Assembly (NCBI GenBank): GCA_038062955.1
Contig: JBBTWE010000001.1
Coordinates: forward strand, 101,411 to 165,410
Direction of reading: 5' to 3'
DNA from: Patescibacteria group bacterium
Lineage (GTDB): Bacteria > Patescibacteriota > Minisyncoccia > Phycocordibacterales > BOKC01
Length of the DNA stretch: 64,000 bases
Shown: positions 46,988-56,902 of the stretch, one piece after another
Layout of the letters: each line of letters begins with the position of its first letter
Numbering within the stretch: position 1 is the stretch's first letter
Position numbers and translations under genes: made by a program
Notes under the pieces: model-generated
The model's input: the letters and a program-made list of their open reading frames with translations, nothing else
The model's database searches: none
What the model was told of the DNA's origin: nothing

Positions 46988-47200
46988 ATGGATGATAAGG
47001 ATAACAACTTCAATATTACATTTAAGAATGGTGCCTTAAAAAAGCTAAAAAAAGTAGCGAATGATTTGAATATATCAGAAGATCGACTTGGTGAAGTTTT
47101 AACTAAAGGAATTAATTTAATTGATCTAGCCAAAGAAGGTTCCATAGTTACTATTAAAAAAGGAAAAGAAGAATACGCCATTGATCTCCGCCTGTTGTAA
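46988..47200 (+). CDS. small RHH-like cargo protein
   Basis: FNITF strand followed by two helices. Confidence 0.6.
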   Translation: MDDKDNNFNITFKNGALKKLKKVANDLNISEDRLGEVLTKGINLIDLAKEGSIVTIKKGKEEYAIDLRLL

Positions 47201-47210
47201 GTAAATATTT

Positions 47211-47528
47211 ATGGCTACCAAGAAAAATACTATTGATGATATCCGCTCTACTGAACTCCCTGCGTTTAGGCGAATCCAATGGTTTGAAACTGCAAAAACT
47301 ACTATACAAATTTTCTTAATGTGTATTCTTGCTTTATCTCTTCTTGCATTTCTTATTCTCCTAATAATTGCTGGTGTTACACAAGATGTATTACCAGATA
47401 TTGCTGGTGTTCGTGCTTTATCACAGCTTTTTGTAGAAATAGCCTTAAATGCAAAGGCTGTTGCTTTATTTGCACTAGGTTTTTTCTTTCGTGAATATTT
47501 AAATAATTCAAAAATTGCTGTCAAATAA
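47211..47528 (+). CDS. two-TM cargo protein
   Basis: hydrophobic helices; operonic with 46988. Confidence 0.65.
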   Translation: MATKKNTIDDIRSTELPAFRRIQWFETAKTTIQIFLMCILALSLLAFLILLIIAGVTQDVLPDIAGVRALSQLFVEIALNAKAVALFALGFFFREYLNNSKIAVK

Positions 47529-47925
47529 TAGTTTGACTAAAAAATTGATTTTTATCCACAGTTTTGCTAGGATAGCGAGCTAATAAGTTGTAGAATTAAA
47601 TAAAGCAAAACATCCCCTTTTCGGGAATGCTTTGCCAAGTCAACTTCTAGGAAGACTTTGAAACCGCTACTTTAACGAGGGCGGTTTTCAATTGGCCTCG
47701 TCTGTCTTCATTGGCTGGAAATACGATCCAACTACCATTATGGTGTTGGCAAACCATATTTCCATCACGACCAAGAAAACAGAATGCGAATCTTGAACTC
47801 ATTTTGTTTGTCGTTTACTCCGATCCGCTGTTACAGACCAACGGCGTGGAATGATTTTACATCGACCATCAAATCACTCAAAAAATATACATGGAGATAC
47901 TTATTGAGAGATATAAATGACAAAC

Positions 47926-48030
47926 AAAAAAGCCCCAATGACCGAGGCTTGTAGGTTGCAATAGTTACCCATTGCTACCCTGCACTCGCAGGGCTTTTGA
48001 CCCCGCAAGCACCCGTCATTAGAGCTTTTA
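47926..48030 (-). ncRNA. candidate small structured RNA inside the IS
   Basis: TTGACT-N17-TACACT promoter (48066-48038); closing stem AAAGCTCTAATGAC/GTCATTGGGGCTTT ending in a U-run. Confidence 0.45.
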
Positions 48031-48302
48031 CTTTTTTAGTGTACCGCATAGCACTTTCAAAGTCAAAAATCCCTATAACAAAATCCTCGGTCGCTTTTCA
48101 TTAAAACTTAGTCTCCGAAAAGCTAAAGACCTATAAATAATAACAAGTACAAAATTCGTGTCAACTACTTTTTCCCCAAGTTTGTTGTGAAGGGAGATAT
48201 GTGGAAATTTGATGAAATAAATAATAAGCCTATATATAAGGCTTTTTAAGCTTTTTATTTGAGAGAAGTTGCTTTACTTTTTGATTATATCCACAGTCAC
48301 CT

Positions 48303-48920
48303 TTAGTGTCTTCCTTGAAGAGCATTTTTGATTGTTTCTGGATCAGAGTATTCAAGTTCTGTTCCAAGTGACAGTCCCTTACCTAAAGATGAAATATTAA
48401 ATTTATATTTTTCACTTAAGGCAGATAATTCTCTCTTCACAATTATTGTTGTATTTTCTCCTTCTGGGTTAAAATCCATAGCGATAATAATTTCTTTTAA
48501 TTCTCCAGCTTGACCAGCCTTATCAACCTTTTCCAGAAGTTTGTTCATCCTTAATTTTTTGAATGGCGGTTTATCAAGAATCGGTATGGTGCCACCCAAG
48601 ACAAAATATTTACCACTAAAAATTCCAGATTTTTCAATATTTTCGAGATCAATTTCTCGGCTTACAATCATTAGGGTATTTTCGCGTTTAGTATCTCGGC
48701 AAATTTTGCATAATTTCTCTTCTTTCTGTTGCCCGAAAAAAAATCGAAAACAATTTCCGCAAGTGCTGGCGGTTTTTTTTAGATTAGACATTTGTCTGGC
48801 CAAATCTTCAACGAATCCTTGATCTTGAGACAACAAAAAAAAGACAAATCTTTTTGCTTGTCTTTGACCGATTCCTGGGAAACGGGAGAATAGTTCTGCT
48901 AATTTATTAGTATGTTCCAT
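48303..48920 (-). CDS. recR: recombination mediator RecR
   Basis: PGIG.R.A.R HhH, C4 Zn finger, Toprim YFVLGG, GTELEY.D. Confidence 0.95.
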   Translation of the reverse strand: MEHTNKLAELFSRFPGIGQRQAKRFVFFLLSQDQGFVEDLARQMSNLKKTASTCGNCFRFFFGQQKEEKLCKICRDTKRENTLMIVSREIDLENIEKSGIFSGKYFVLGGTIPILDKPPFKKLRMNKLLEKVDKAGQAGELKEIIIAMDFNPEGENTTIIVKRELSALSEKYKFNISSLGKGLSLGTELEYSDPETIKNALQGRH

Positions 48921-48932
48921 AAATAGATTCTT

Positions 48933-49059
48933 TTATTACTAGAAATTTTGGTTGCAGATCAAGGCGCAAGTGAGGAGCGAACCGAGGCGTATTAGACAAT
49001 ACGACGAGGGAGCACCGGAGCGAAGCAACGCAGAGATGCGCCAAAAGGACTAGTAATAA
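48933..49059. repeat. structured repeat with the same core as 24906 but different ends
   Basis: TTATTACTAG/CTAGTAATAA arms around the shared core. Confidence 0.82.
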
Positions 49060-50433
49060 TTAGAATTCTTCGAATTCTTTCTCTGATCCGCCAAAATTTC
49101 CTTTAGCAATAGTTTGGAAGGTCGCTTTTTTATCGTTGAAGAAAAGATCAACTTTGCCGGTCTCACCATTACGATGTTTCTCGATTAGAATTTCTGCGAT
49201 ATTTGTCCGATCAGAATCTTCTTTATATTTATCTTCACGATGAATAAACATAACGACGTCTGCGTCTTGTTCTATTGAGCCCGAATCACGAAGATCAGAA
49301 AGTCTTGGGCGTCCTCCACGGCTTTCGACAGCTCTTGAAAGTTGGGATAGCGCCAAAACAGGAACATCCAGCTCGCGTGCTAAATTTTTAAGTGAACGGG
49401 AAATTTCCGTTACTTGCTGAACGAGATTTTCATTGTGTCGACTTCCTGTGGGAAGCATCAGTTGTAGATAATCAACGATGATAAGTTTTAAATCTTTTTC
49501 GGCTTTAAGCCTTCTCGCTGTCGCTCTCATCTTGATAATATTATTTCCCGGTTGGTCGTCTATGTAAATCGGGGCAGTTGAGAGTTTATCAAGAGATTGC
49601 CTAATCGAAGTAAAATCTTCTTCTCGGGATAATTTTCCAGTTCGGAGTTTCCACGCGTCAACATTGGCTTGAGCGGCAAGCATTCTATCAACCAACTGTT
49701 GAGAACTCATTTCCAGAGAGAATATGCCGACTGAATTATTGTGCATGACCGCTGTTTGTCTAGCGATATCGAGAGCCAGAGAAGTTTTTCCCATCGATGG
49801 TCGTGCCGCCAGAATAATCAAATCTGATTTTTGAAGTCCCGCCAATTTGTGATCAATGTCAGGAAAACCTGTGGCGATACCTCTCATTTCACCTTTGGAG
49901 TTGTGCAACTTATCTAATCTTTCCCACGCTTCCTCCAATTCATCTTTTATTTCTGTAAATTTAAATGTGCCTCCGCTTGATGTGACATCAAAAATTTTCT
50001 TTTCTGCTCTGTCTAAAATTTCTTCCAAATCGCTCTCTTCCTCATAGCCTAGATTTGCGATATGTTCAGACGCTTCAATAAGGCGTCTCATGACGTGTTT
50101 TGTTTTAACAATTTCGCCGTAGTGACGGACGTTTACAGCTGTCGGGACGCTATTTAAAAGTTCGGCAAGAAAGCTCGATCCTCCTATTTCATCCAAACTG
50201 TTTTTTTCTTTGAGACGAGCAGACACAGAAAGCAAATCAATCGGGTTATTTTTCTTGAATAAATCTTGGACTGCATCGTAAATCAACTTATGTTTTTTTG
50301 AGTAAAAGGAATTTCCATTAATTATGTCCACAATTTCATATATTGCTTCGGCACGAAGCATCAAAGAACCGAGGAGCGCCATTTCAGCTTCCAGGTTTTG
50401 TGGTGGAATTTTTAATCGAGTGTTTGTTGCCAT
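49060..50433 (-). CDS. dnaB: replicative DNA helicase
   Basis: AARPSMGKT, VDYLQL, LSQLSR, DLRDSGSIEQDAD. Confidence 0.98.
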   Translation of the reverse strand: MATNTRLKIPPQNLEAEMALLGSLMLRAEAIYEIVDIINGNSFYSKKHKLIYDAVQDLFKKNNPIDLLSVSARLKEKNSLDEIGGSSFLAELLNSVPTAVNVRHYGEIVKTKHVMRRLIEASEHIANLGYEEESDLEEILDRAEKKIFDVTSSGGTFKFTEIKDELEEAWERLDKLHNSKGEMRGIATGFPDIDHKLAGLQKSDLIILAARPSMGKTSLALDIARQTAVMHNNSVGIFSLEMSSQQLVDRMLAAQANVDAWKLRTGKLSREEDFTSIRQSLDKLSTAPIYIDDQPGNNIIKMRATARRLKAEKDLKLIIVDYLQLMLPTGSRHNENLVQQVTEISRSLKNLARELDVPVLALSQLSRAVESRGGRPRLSDLRDSGSIEQDADVVMFIHREDKYKEDSDRTNIAEILIEKHRNGETGKVDLFFNDKKATFQTIAKGNFGGSEKEFEEF

Positions 50434-50658
50434 GATTTATAACGCAATCATATCACCAAAGATAAGCGTTGCTCAAACGTGCGTATAATGTTGGTAAATT
50501 GGGGACAATGGAAGGACAAATTTCTTCTTATAATAGCGTCCTGCGCACTCGCATGTTAAATGTACCTTTTTGACTTGTCAGTGTATCTGTAGTATTTTGC
50601 TAGTTAGAAAACTCGTCAATTTCGACTTGTTTGCTACCATACAAAAAAAGGGGGCTGT

Positions 50659-50913
50659 ATGCGGAGCCTGTTCCTGTGTCTCATCACTGTGTTGTTCTCT
50701 AGCTGTTCCGGGTTGTTCATCTCTGAACACGAAGAGAGGATGATGAATCTTCCCTCCAACAACAGATCCGAACTCGAAGAGTTGGCGTTTCTCAACAAGG
50801 AGTTTGCTCGAATGAACGCCGCTCTCTACGGCCTCAACCGGCAAATGGAAGCTCTGCTCAATCGTCTCAAGGAGAGGGATGATAGGGATGAACTTGTCGG
50901 AAAAGGAAAGTAG
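50659..50913 (+). CDS. orphan lipoprotein-like coiled-coil protein
   Basis: MRSLFLCLITVLFSS-C lipobox-like signal, heptad C-terminus. Confidence 0.6.
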   Translation: MRSLFLCLITVLFSSCSGLFISEHEERMMNLPSNNRSELEELAFLNKEFARMNAALYGLNRQMEALLNRLKERDDRDELVGKGK

Positions 50914-51047
50914 AACTTGCAATTAGCTTCGGCAACTTGCAAGTTTTTTTAATTTCAAAAATTAATTAAAATCTATTTGACTCATATATTTTTAAATTCT
51001 ATTATATTTATCGGCTTAGTTCATTCCAAAGACCAAGGAGGAATCTT

Positions 51048-51338
51048 ATGGAGCGCGGAACAGATTGCACAAAGTGTTGTCTCGCGTCTGCTTTGTCCGT
51101 GATAGAGCTTCTGGAACAGGAGAGGAGGTCTTCTTCTTTTACCGCGATCAGATTGACACTGGTCGGGGCGATTCAGAAGATCTGTCACTCAATTGACGTG
51201 GTGACTCCAGGGCGAGATTTCACCGAATTGCTTGCAAGGCTCGAAAACGTCGAGAAATCGACGGATTCCAGTCACGTTAGGCAGAGTGTCAGAGACCTCG
51301 TGGTCGTATTGGGGCGTGGAAGTGAGGTCGAAGCGTGA
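51048..51338 (+). CDS. orphan helical protein
   Basis: TTGACT-N17-TATTAT promoter, SD AAGGAGG, terminator ~51370-51399. Confidence 0.7.
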   Translation: MERGTDCTKCCLASALSVIELLEQERRSSSFTAIRLTLVGAIQKICHSIDVVTPGRDFTELLARLENVEKSTDSSHVRQSVRDLVVVLGRGSEVEA

Positions 51339-51404
51339 GATCGTTCTCTCGGTGACGATCCTACGGTCAAAGGAGGTCGTACAGACGGCTTCCTTTTTTA
51401 TTTA

Positions 51405-52784
51405 CTACATTGATGAGATTGACGAAGGTCCGTCATTATCATTTACATTGAAACCTTCTTTTTTAATTAAATCTCGAAGTTCGTCTGCTTTTTTAAAATC
51501 TTTTTCTTTGCGAGCATTTTCTCTCTGTGTCATCAGATCTTTAATATTTTGTGGAATTTCAAGCAGGGGAGATTTATAGTTTTTAAGATTTAAGCCAAAA
51601 ACTTTATCAAATTCTAAAATTGTCGCTTTTCTCACGTCTTTACCTAGGGAGTCATCTTTCATGACTTCCCACAATAGAGCTAAAGCTTTTGGGGTGTCTA
51701 AATCATTCCCGATAATGGTTTTAAACTCCGAAACATATTTTGCATTCGGCTTCTTTTCATTCAGAATTTCTTCAGCAACAAAATGTCTTATTTTAGAAAG
51801 AGCCGTTTCCGAAGCTTCGAGGGCGTCCCAGGAAAATATTTGAGGTGATCGGTAGTGAGCTTGAAGAAAAAGTAATCGCAAAGATATTGGATCAAGATTC
51901 TTTTCCTCCAATTCTTTTAGTGTAATAGAATTGCCGGCAGACTTAGCCATTTTTCCACTCTGAAGAATTAAATGTTCGTTATGCATCCAGAAATGAGCCA
52001 TCGGCTTTTCTGTGGCGGATTCACTTTGAGCTATTTCATTTGTGTGATGTATGGGCTTATGTTCAATTCCTCCTGTATGAATATCAAAAGTCTCGCCTAG
52101 ATATTTCTTTGACATAACCGAACATTCTACATGCCAACCAGGGAAGCCAGATCCCCAAGGACTCATCCAACCAATTTTTTCATCACTTGCGAATTTCCAA
52201 AGAGCGAAATCGCGATCTTCTTTCTTTTCTGGGTTTTTTCCAATTCTGGATTCTCTATTTTCTTCTGGGTTACCAAATTTTATGTAATTTTTAATTTTTG
52301 ACGTATCAAAATATATTCCATCACTTGTCTTGTAAGTCAGATTTTTTTCTTCTAATTTTTTTATAAGTTCAATACTTTCTTTTATATGATCACTTGCGAA
52401 AGGTAAATGAGTTGGCTTAAGACAGTTCAGTTTATTTCTATCTTCAACATAAATTGCCGCATATTTTTGCGCTAACGTTTTCATGGCTTCCAAAGTAAAA
52501 GGCAGATTCTCCCGTCTAAGTCCTTTGGCCATTTTGTCTTCACCTTCGTCTTGGTCGGAAGTGAGGTGACCAAAATCAGTGAGATTTATAACTTGGTTTG
52601 TTTCGTATCCACTTAATTCAAAAAATCTTCGCAACAGATCCCAAATGACAGCTGAACGAAGATTGCCTAGATGTTGTCTGTCATAAACTGTCGGTCCACA
52701 GTGATACATGGAAACTTCACCTGTTTTTATCGGTTTAAATTTTTCTTTTTTATTCTTAAGAGAATTGAAAAGAGTGATAGTCAT
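51405..52784 (-). CDS. cysS: cysteine--tRNA ligase
   Basis: [23 protein letters not shown]. Confidence 0.97.
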   Translation of the reverse strand: MTITLFNSLKNKKEKFKPIKTGEVSMYHCGPTVYDRQHLGNLRSAVIWDLLRRFFELSGYETNQVINLTDFGHLTSDQDEGEDKMAKGLRRENLPFTLEAMKTLAQKYAAIYVEDRNKLNCLKPTHLPFASDHIKESIELIKKLEEKNLTYKTSDGIYFDTSKIKNYIKFGNPEENRESRIGKNPEKKEDRDFALWKFASDEKIGWMSPWGSGFPGWHVECSVMSKKYLGETFDIHTGGIEHKPIHHTNEIAQSESATEKPMAHFWMHNEHLILQSGKMAKSAGNSITLKELEEKNLDPISLRLLFLQAHYRSPQIFSWDALEASETALSKIRHFVAEEILNEKKPNAKYVSEFKTIIGNDLDTPKALALLWEVMKDDSLGKDVRKATILEFDKVFGLNLKNYKSPLLEIPQNIKDLMTQRENARKEKDFKKADELRDLIKKEGFNVNDNDGPSSISSM

Positions 52785-53076
52785 GTTGTAAAAATCATAT
52801 CTTTTTTCTGCTATCTTTACAAACTCACGCGATTTTGGGCGAAGTTGGTGTTTTTTTAAAAAGGGTATAAAATTTAAGCAGAAGGGGACACAAGCACGAG
52901 AGACAGGAGGCCAGTGAAGCTTCGGTTGTGGTGGCCGCCTCGAGCCATGACGAGAAAGTAGGCATAAAAATAAGTTATGGCAGGGCTGGATTCCTTTTGG
53001 GGTCCAGCCCTATTTTAATCATCGAACTATTACGTCATCGTTGACCTGTCTATTTTTTTTTGAGATACTGGTATCA

Positions 53077-54315
53077 ATGGAAAACTCATCCGATCAAAAG
53101 AAATCCAGCAATCTCAAAATTTTTGTAATTACTGCGGTGATATTTTTTTCTGCTGGAACGTTTATTGGTTTTGGAAATCGTCCGGAAGTCTCAAAGGTTT
53201 ATGGTTTAGAGAATAAAGAAAATCCTTTAGAGGAAAAAATTGATTTTTCACATTTTTGGAAAGTTTGGAATTTGATTGAAGAGAAATATGTAATGCCGAA
53301 CCCTAAGTTAGAAACGAAACCGGCAACTCCTCAAGATAAGGTTTATGGAGCGATAAAAGGATTGGTTGATTCTTTAAAAGATCCAAATTCTGTTTTCTTT
53401 TTGCCGCCGGAAGCTGAAATCTTCGAAAATGAAATTAGCGGAAATTTTGAAGGTGTTGGAATGGAAGTTGGCATTCGTGATGAAGTTTTAATTGTCATTT
53501 CTCCACTTAAGGGCACTCCAGCAGAACTTGCTGGCGTGAAAGCAGAAGATAAGATTTTTCAGATTGATGAACAATTGACTGCCGGGATGAGTGTCGATGA
53601 AGCGGTGTCTCTAATACGCGGTAAACAAGGAACGAGCGTGACACTGACTTTGATTAGGGAAGGAGTTGAAGATCCAATAAAGATAAAGATTACCAGGGGG
53701 TCCATTGCGATTCCAACCATAGATTCAAAATGGATTGAGGATACGTTTGTTATAAGTTTGTATAATTTCTCTGCTAATGCCACTGATCTTTTTAGGGGCG
53801 AAATCAGAAAATTTATAGAGCAAAAGAAAAAGAATTCTAAATTAATTTTGGATCTTCGAGGTAACCCCGGCGGTTTTCTTGAGGCGTCCGTGGAGATTGC
53901 TTCATGGTTTTTGCCAGCTGGAAAAGTCATTGTTACAGAGGACTTTGCGGGAAAACGCGAAGAAATAATTCATCGCAGTAAGGGTTACGACGCATTTCCA
54001 AAGAATCTAAAGATGGCCATTCTTATCAATGGCGGATCAGCTTCAGCTTCGGAAATTGTTGCTGGCGCCTTGCAAGATCATAAAATTGCCAAACTTGTTG
54101 GCAGTCAATCATTCGGAAAAGGTTCGGTGCAAGAATTAATCCAAGTTTCTTCAGATACATCTGTTAAAATCACAGTAGCAAGATGGCTCACGCCTTTGGG
54201 GCACTCAATTTCTGTTGAGGGTCTGACGCCTGACTACAAGGTGGAAGTAAAAGAGGAAGATATTAAAGAAGAGAAAGATATTGTACTTGAGAAAGCTCTT
54301 GAAGTGCTGAAGTAG
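53077..54315 (+). CDS. ctpA: carboxy-terminal processing protease (S41)
   Basis: PDZ domain, LDLRGNPGG, SASASEI, FGKGSVQ; ATG at 53077. Confidence 0.93.
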   Translation: MENSSDQKKSSNLKIFVITAVIFFSAGTFIGFGNRPEVSKVYGLENKENPLEEKIDFSHFWKVWNLIEEKYVMPNPKLETKPATPQDKVYGAIKGLVDSLKDPNSVFFLPPEAEIFENEISGNFEGVGMEVGIRDEVLIVISPLKGTPAELAGVKAEDKIFQIDEQLTAGMSVDEAVSLIRGKQGTSVTLTLIREGVEDPIKIKITRGSIAIPTIDSKWIEDTFVISLYNFSANATDLFRGEIRKFIEQKKKNSKLILDLRGNPGGFLEASVEIASWFLPAGKVIVTEDFAGKREEIIHRSKGYDAFPKNLKMAILINGGSASASEIVAGALQDHKIAKLVGSQSFGKGSVQELIQVSSDTSVKITVARWLTPLGHSISVEGLTPDYKVEVKEEDIKEEKDIVLEKALEVLK

Positions 54316-54356
54316 TTGGAAAGTTTAATAAGCTGTATAAGTTAAAAAATATGGAT

Positions 54357-54506
54357 CCCGTAGTAGAATTTCAGGTTGCAAATTTTGGGTAGATAGAATA
54401 TGTTGATAAAAACTGAATAATTTATAAAATTAATAAAAATATTCAGGATAGTCCCGTAGTAGAAGCGAAGCTTTCACTACGGGACGACCTGAAATTTCAC
54501 TACGGG
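54357..54506. mobile_element. CCCGTAG hairpin element with a nested mini copy (54452-54484)
   Basis: outer arms CCCGTAGTAGAATTTCAGGTTG/CGACCTGAAATTTCACTACGGG; ATGGA repeated on both sides. Confidence 0.8.
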
Positions 54507-54956
54507 ATGGAAGTTATATTCTTAAAAGATGTTCCAAAATTAGGAAAGAAAGATCAAGTCAAAAAGGTGCCAGATGGATACGCTTTAAATTTTTTGATAC
54601 CCAAAGGTTTGGTGAAAAAATCTTCAGCAAGCGAAATAACAAAGATTACAGAACAGAAAAAGAATAAAGAGGCTAATAATGAGAAGCAAGTTAAGGAATT
54701 TAAGGAAAAACTTGAAATAATAAAAAATACCCCAGTTAAGATTGCAGAAAACGCAAACGAAAAAGGCCATTTATTTAAAGCTGTAAGTAAAGAAGAATTG
54801 ATTGCGGCTATAAAAAAATACACCGCGCTCGATTTAGAGCCAGAGTGTATCTTTTTGAAAAAGCCTATAAAAGAAACTGGTGAGCATCAAGTCGGAGTGG
54901 AAAAATTCGGACTTAAGGCCAATCTGAAAGTTATTATAGAAGCCAGAAAGGTTTAA
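54507..54956 (+). CDS. rplI: 50S ribosomal protein bL9
   Basis: [11 protein letters not shown]....V..GYA.NFLIPKG. Confidence 0.96.
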   Translation: MEVIFLKDVPKLGKKDQVKKVPDGYALNFLIPKGLVKKSSASEITKITEQKKNKEANNEKQVKEFKEKLEIIKNTPVKIAENANEKGHLFKAVSKEELIAAIKKYTALDLEPECIFLKKPIKETGEHQVGVEKFGLKANLKVIIEARKV

Positions 54957-55225
54957 ATCACATTTATTACTTTCTTGACCGATTCGGTATTGTCGAAGTT
55001 GACTTTTCTTTTCTTTTTAAATTCTATCAATCCTGCTTTTCCTGCGTAAAGAGTATGATCTTTTCCCATACCAACATTCTTACCAGGTAAAACATCTGTA
55101 CCACGTTGTCTAACTAAAACAGCGCCAGCAGATGCTTTTTCTCCCTGATTTACTTTAATTCCCAGGTATTGTGGACCTGAATCTCTATCGTTTTTTGTTG
55201 AGCCCCCTGCCTTTTTATGTGCCAT
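54953..55225 (-). CDS. rpmA: 50S ribosomal protein bL27
   Basis: [15 protein letters not shown]...LG.K, RQRGT, GKDHTL. Confidence 0.97.
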   Translation of the reverse strand: MAHKKAGGSTKNDRDSGPQYLGIKVNQGEKASAGAVLVRQRGTDVLPGKNVGMGKDHTLYAGKAGLIEFKKKRKVNFDNTESVKKVINVI

Positions 55226-55477
55226 AAAATAATGAGCGAAGCGAATATATTTTATGAGCACCCCGTTCTAACTTTGCCTTACGATATCTCCCGCGCAATG
55301 CGGTGGCTGAATAAGCCAATCCGGTTTTGAGCGAAGCGTTGCGCTTATAAAAATGGGGCAGTTCGTCAATAAATCACCTCACTTTTATTGCATTTTGCAA
55401 AGTTTAGAATTGGGGTAGCCAATATTCTTCTTCCTGCTTAATTTTTCTAAAACTTTGTTATTATTAAACCCAAATCA

Positions 55478-55918
55478 ATGGCTATGAGTATAAAGAATAT
55501 TACAACAAAAATCAAGGGGTTCTGGCAGTCGGATACTGGCTTAAAAGACAAAGCCCTAACCATTGTCGTAATAGTGCTTGTTGGTACGGCTTCGTTTGGT
55601 CTTGGCCGACTTTCGGCTTTTGAATCAAAAAAAGAGCCTGTTACGATTGAAATGCAAGAATTTAAGGACTCGGATTCAGAAGTATTACCTTCTGGAAGCA
55701 AACCTTCTAGCGCAAAATCAAATCCAACTGTTTTGGGAGAAAATATAAGTAAAGAGGGTGGGGAAGTGGTAGCTTCAAAGACTGGCGATAAATATCATTT
55801 TCCTTGGTGTTCCGGAGCTAAAAGAATCACAGAAGCCAATAAAGTTTATTTTAAATCGATAGAAGAAGCCAAGGCCGCAGGTCTTACTCCGGCCGGAAAT
55901 TGCAAAGGGTTAAAGTAG
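55478..55918 (+). CDS. membrane-anchored protein with an Ada-like metal-binding domain
   Basis: TM helix; VASK.G.KYH.PWC....I...N...F....EA..AG..P..NC. Confidence 0.8.
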   Translation: MAMSIKNITTKIKGFWQSDTGLKDKALTIVVIVLVGTASFGLGRLSAFESKKEPVTIEMQEFKDSDSEVLPSGSKPSSAKSNPTVLGENISKEGGEVVASKTGDKYHFPWCSGAKRITEANKVYFKSIEEAKAAGLTPAGNCKGLK

Positions 55919-55947
55919 GAGCGGGAAAATATTCTCATTTTTTAGAT

Positions 55948-56123
55948 AAAAAAAGGACTCGACGACGTGTGTCATCGAGTCCCAGTGTACCGAGGGAGGG
56001 CAGTTATGTTGAGACCGAGGCGTAGATTGCAAGAGGTGGTTAATGATCAGGTTGTAATGCCCGACTTTCACCATGTTGGTTCTGGACCCCGCTTTTTTAC
56101 CGCCGAGAACTCAGTACGCTCCT
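55948..56123 (-). ncRNA. candidate 6S-like structured ncRNA (~175 nt)
   Basis: TTGACA-N16-(TGC)TAGAGT promoter, nested 5'/3' pairings, strong terminator, no credible ORF. Confidence 0.45.
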
Positions 56124-56223
56124 CATAGACTCTAGCAAACTGACATTTTTTGTCAAATTGTTATCGTCGCAAGATTTTTGTAGTGTAAAAATCAAAAGTG
56201 CAAAACTAAGATATAATAAATTC

Positions 56224-56814
56224 ATGATTATTCTAGATATCGAAGCGTCGGGACCAAATTGTTGGAAAAACGGTATTTTAAGTATTGGAGCGTTGGATTT
56301 CAATGACTCGTCTAGAGAGTTCTATGAAGAGTGTAGGCTTCGAGAAGGTGCGCATATAGACGATGAAGGTCTTGCTGTAAACGGTTTTACTCGCAAGGAT
56401 ATAGCAGATCCAAAAAAGAAAACAGAAAAAGAAATAGTACAGAGTTTTTTTGGTTGGTGTATGCAAAGCAAAGAGCACACCATCGGCGGGCATAATCCAT
56501 TTTTTGACGTTTTGTTTTTACAGTTTGCCTGCGAAGTTCACAAACTCAATTTCCCTTTAGCTCACAGAATGGTTGATCTTCATTCAATATGTTTCTATCA
56601 CATGATAAAAAAGGGGATTGAACCGCCGACAAACAAAGGAAGAAGCGCTTTAACATCGGACACAGTGATGAGCTATGTTGGAATTTCTCCCGAACCGAAG
56701 CCTCATAACGCTTTTAGGGGTGCAAAATGGGAGGCCGAAGCTTTCATGAGGTTGCTTCACGACAAGTCTCTGTATCCGGAGTTCAAATCCATGAAAATTC
56801 CATGGAAGATTTAG
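56224..56814 (+). CDS. DEDDh 3'-5' exonuclease
   Basis: LDIEASG, GHNPFFD, PHNA..GA..E; ATG at 56224. Confidence 0.88.
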   Translation: MIILDIEASGPNCWKNGILSIGALDFNDSSREFYEECRLREGAHIDDEGLAVNGFTRKDIADPKKKTEKEIVQSFFGWCMQSKEHTIGGHNPFFDVLFLQFACEVHKLNFPLAHRMVDLHSICFYHMIKKGIEPPTNKGRSALTSDTVMSYVGISPEPKPHNAFRGAKWEAEAFMRLLHDKSLYPEFKSMKIPWKI

Positions 56815-56902
56815 TCAAGATTTATATTAAAAAATGGCTCTATAGAGCCATTTTTTAGAACTATCACATAAGCAATTAAACAATAAAAATCGATTTTTGT
56901 CA

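Larger units (their letters stand above)
46017..48204 (+). mobile_element. IS1595-family element with cargo (~2.2 kb)
   Basis: imperfect TIRs (..TCCCTTGACAACAAA / TTTGTTGTGAAGGGA..); GGAAATTT at 46009-46016 and 48203-48210; exact ends uncertain by ~2 bp. Confidence 0.8.

Noticed and set aside
47552-47560. Perfect DnaA box TTATCCACA suggesting oriC
   Set aside because: Single copy inside an IS; no box cluster and no dnaA/dnaN nearby.
55226-55261. Apparent N-terminal extension on bL27 ([12 protein letters not shown]), reminiscent of Prp-cleaved Firmicutes L27
   Set aside because: It is read through a GAGCGAAGCG repeat; a normal MAHKK start exists and no prp gene is adjacent.
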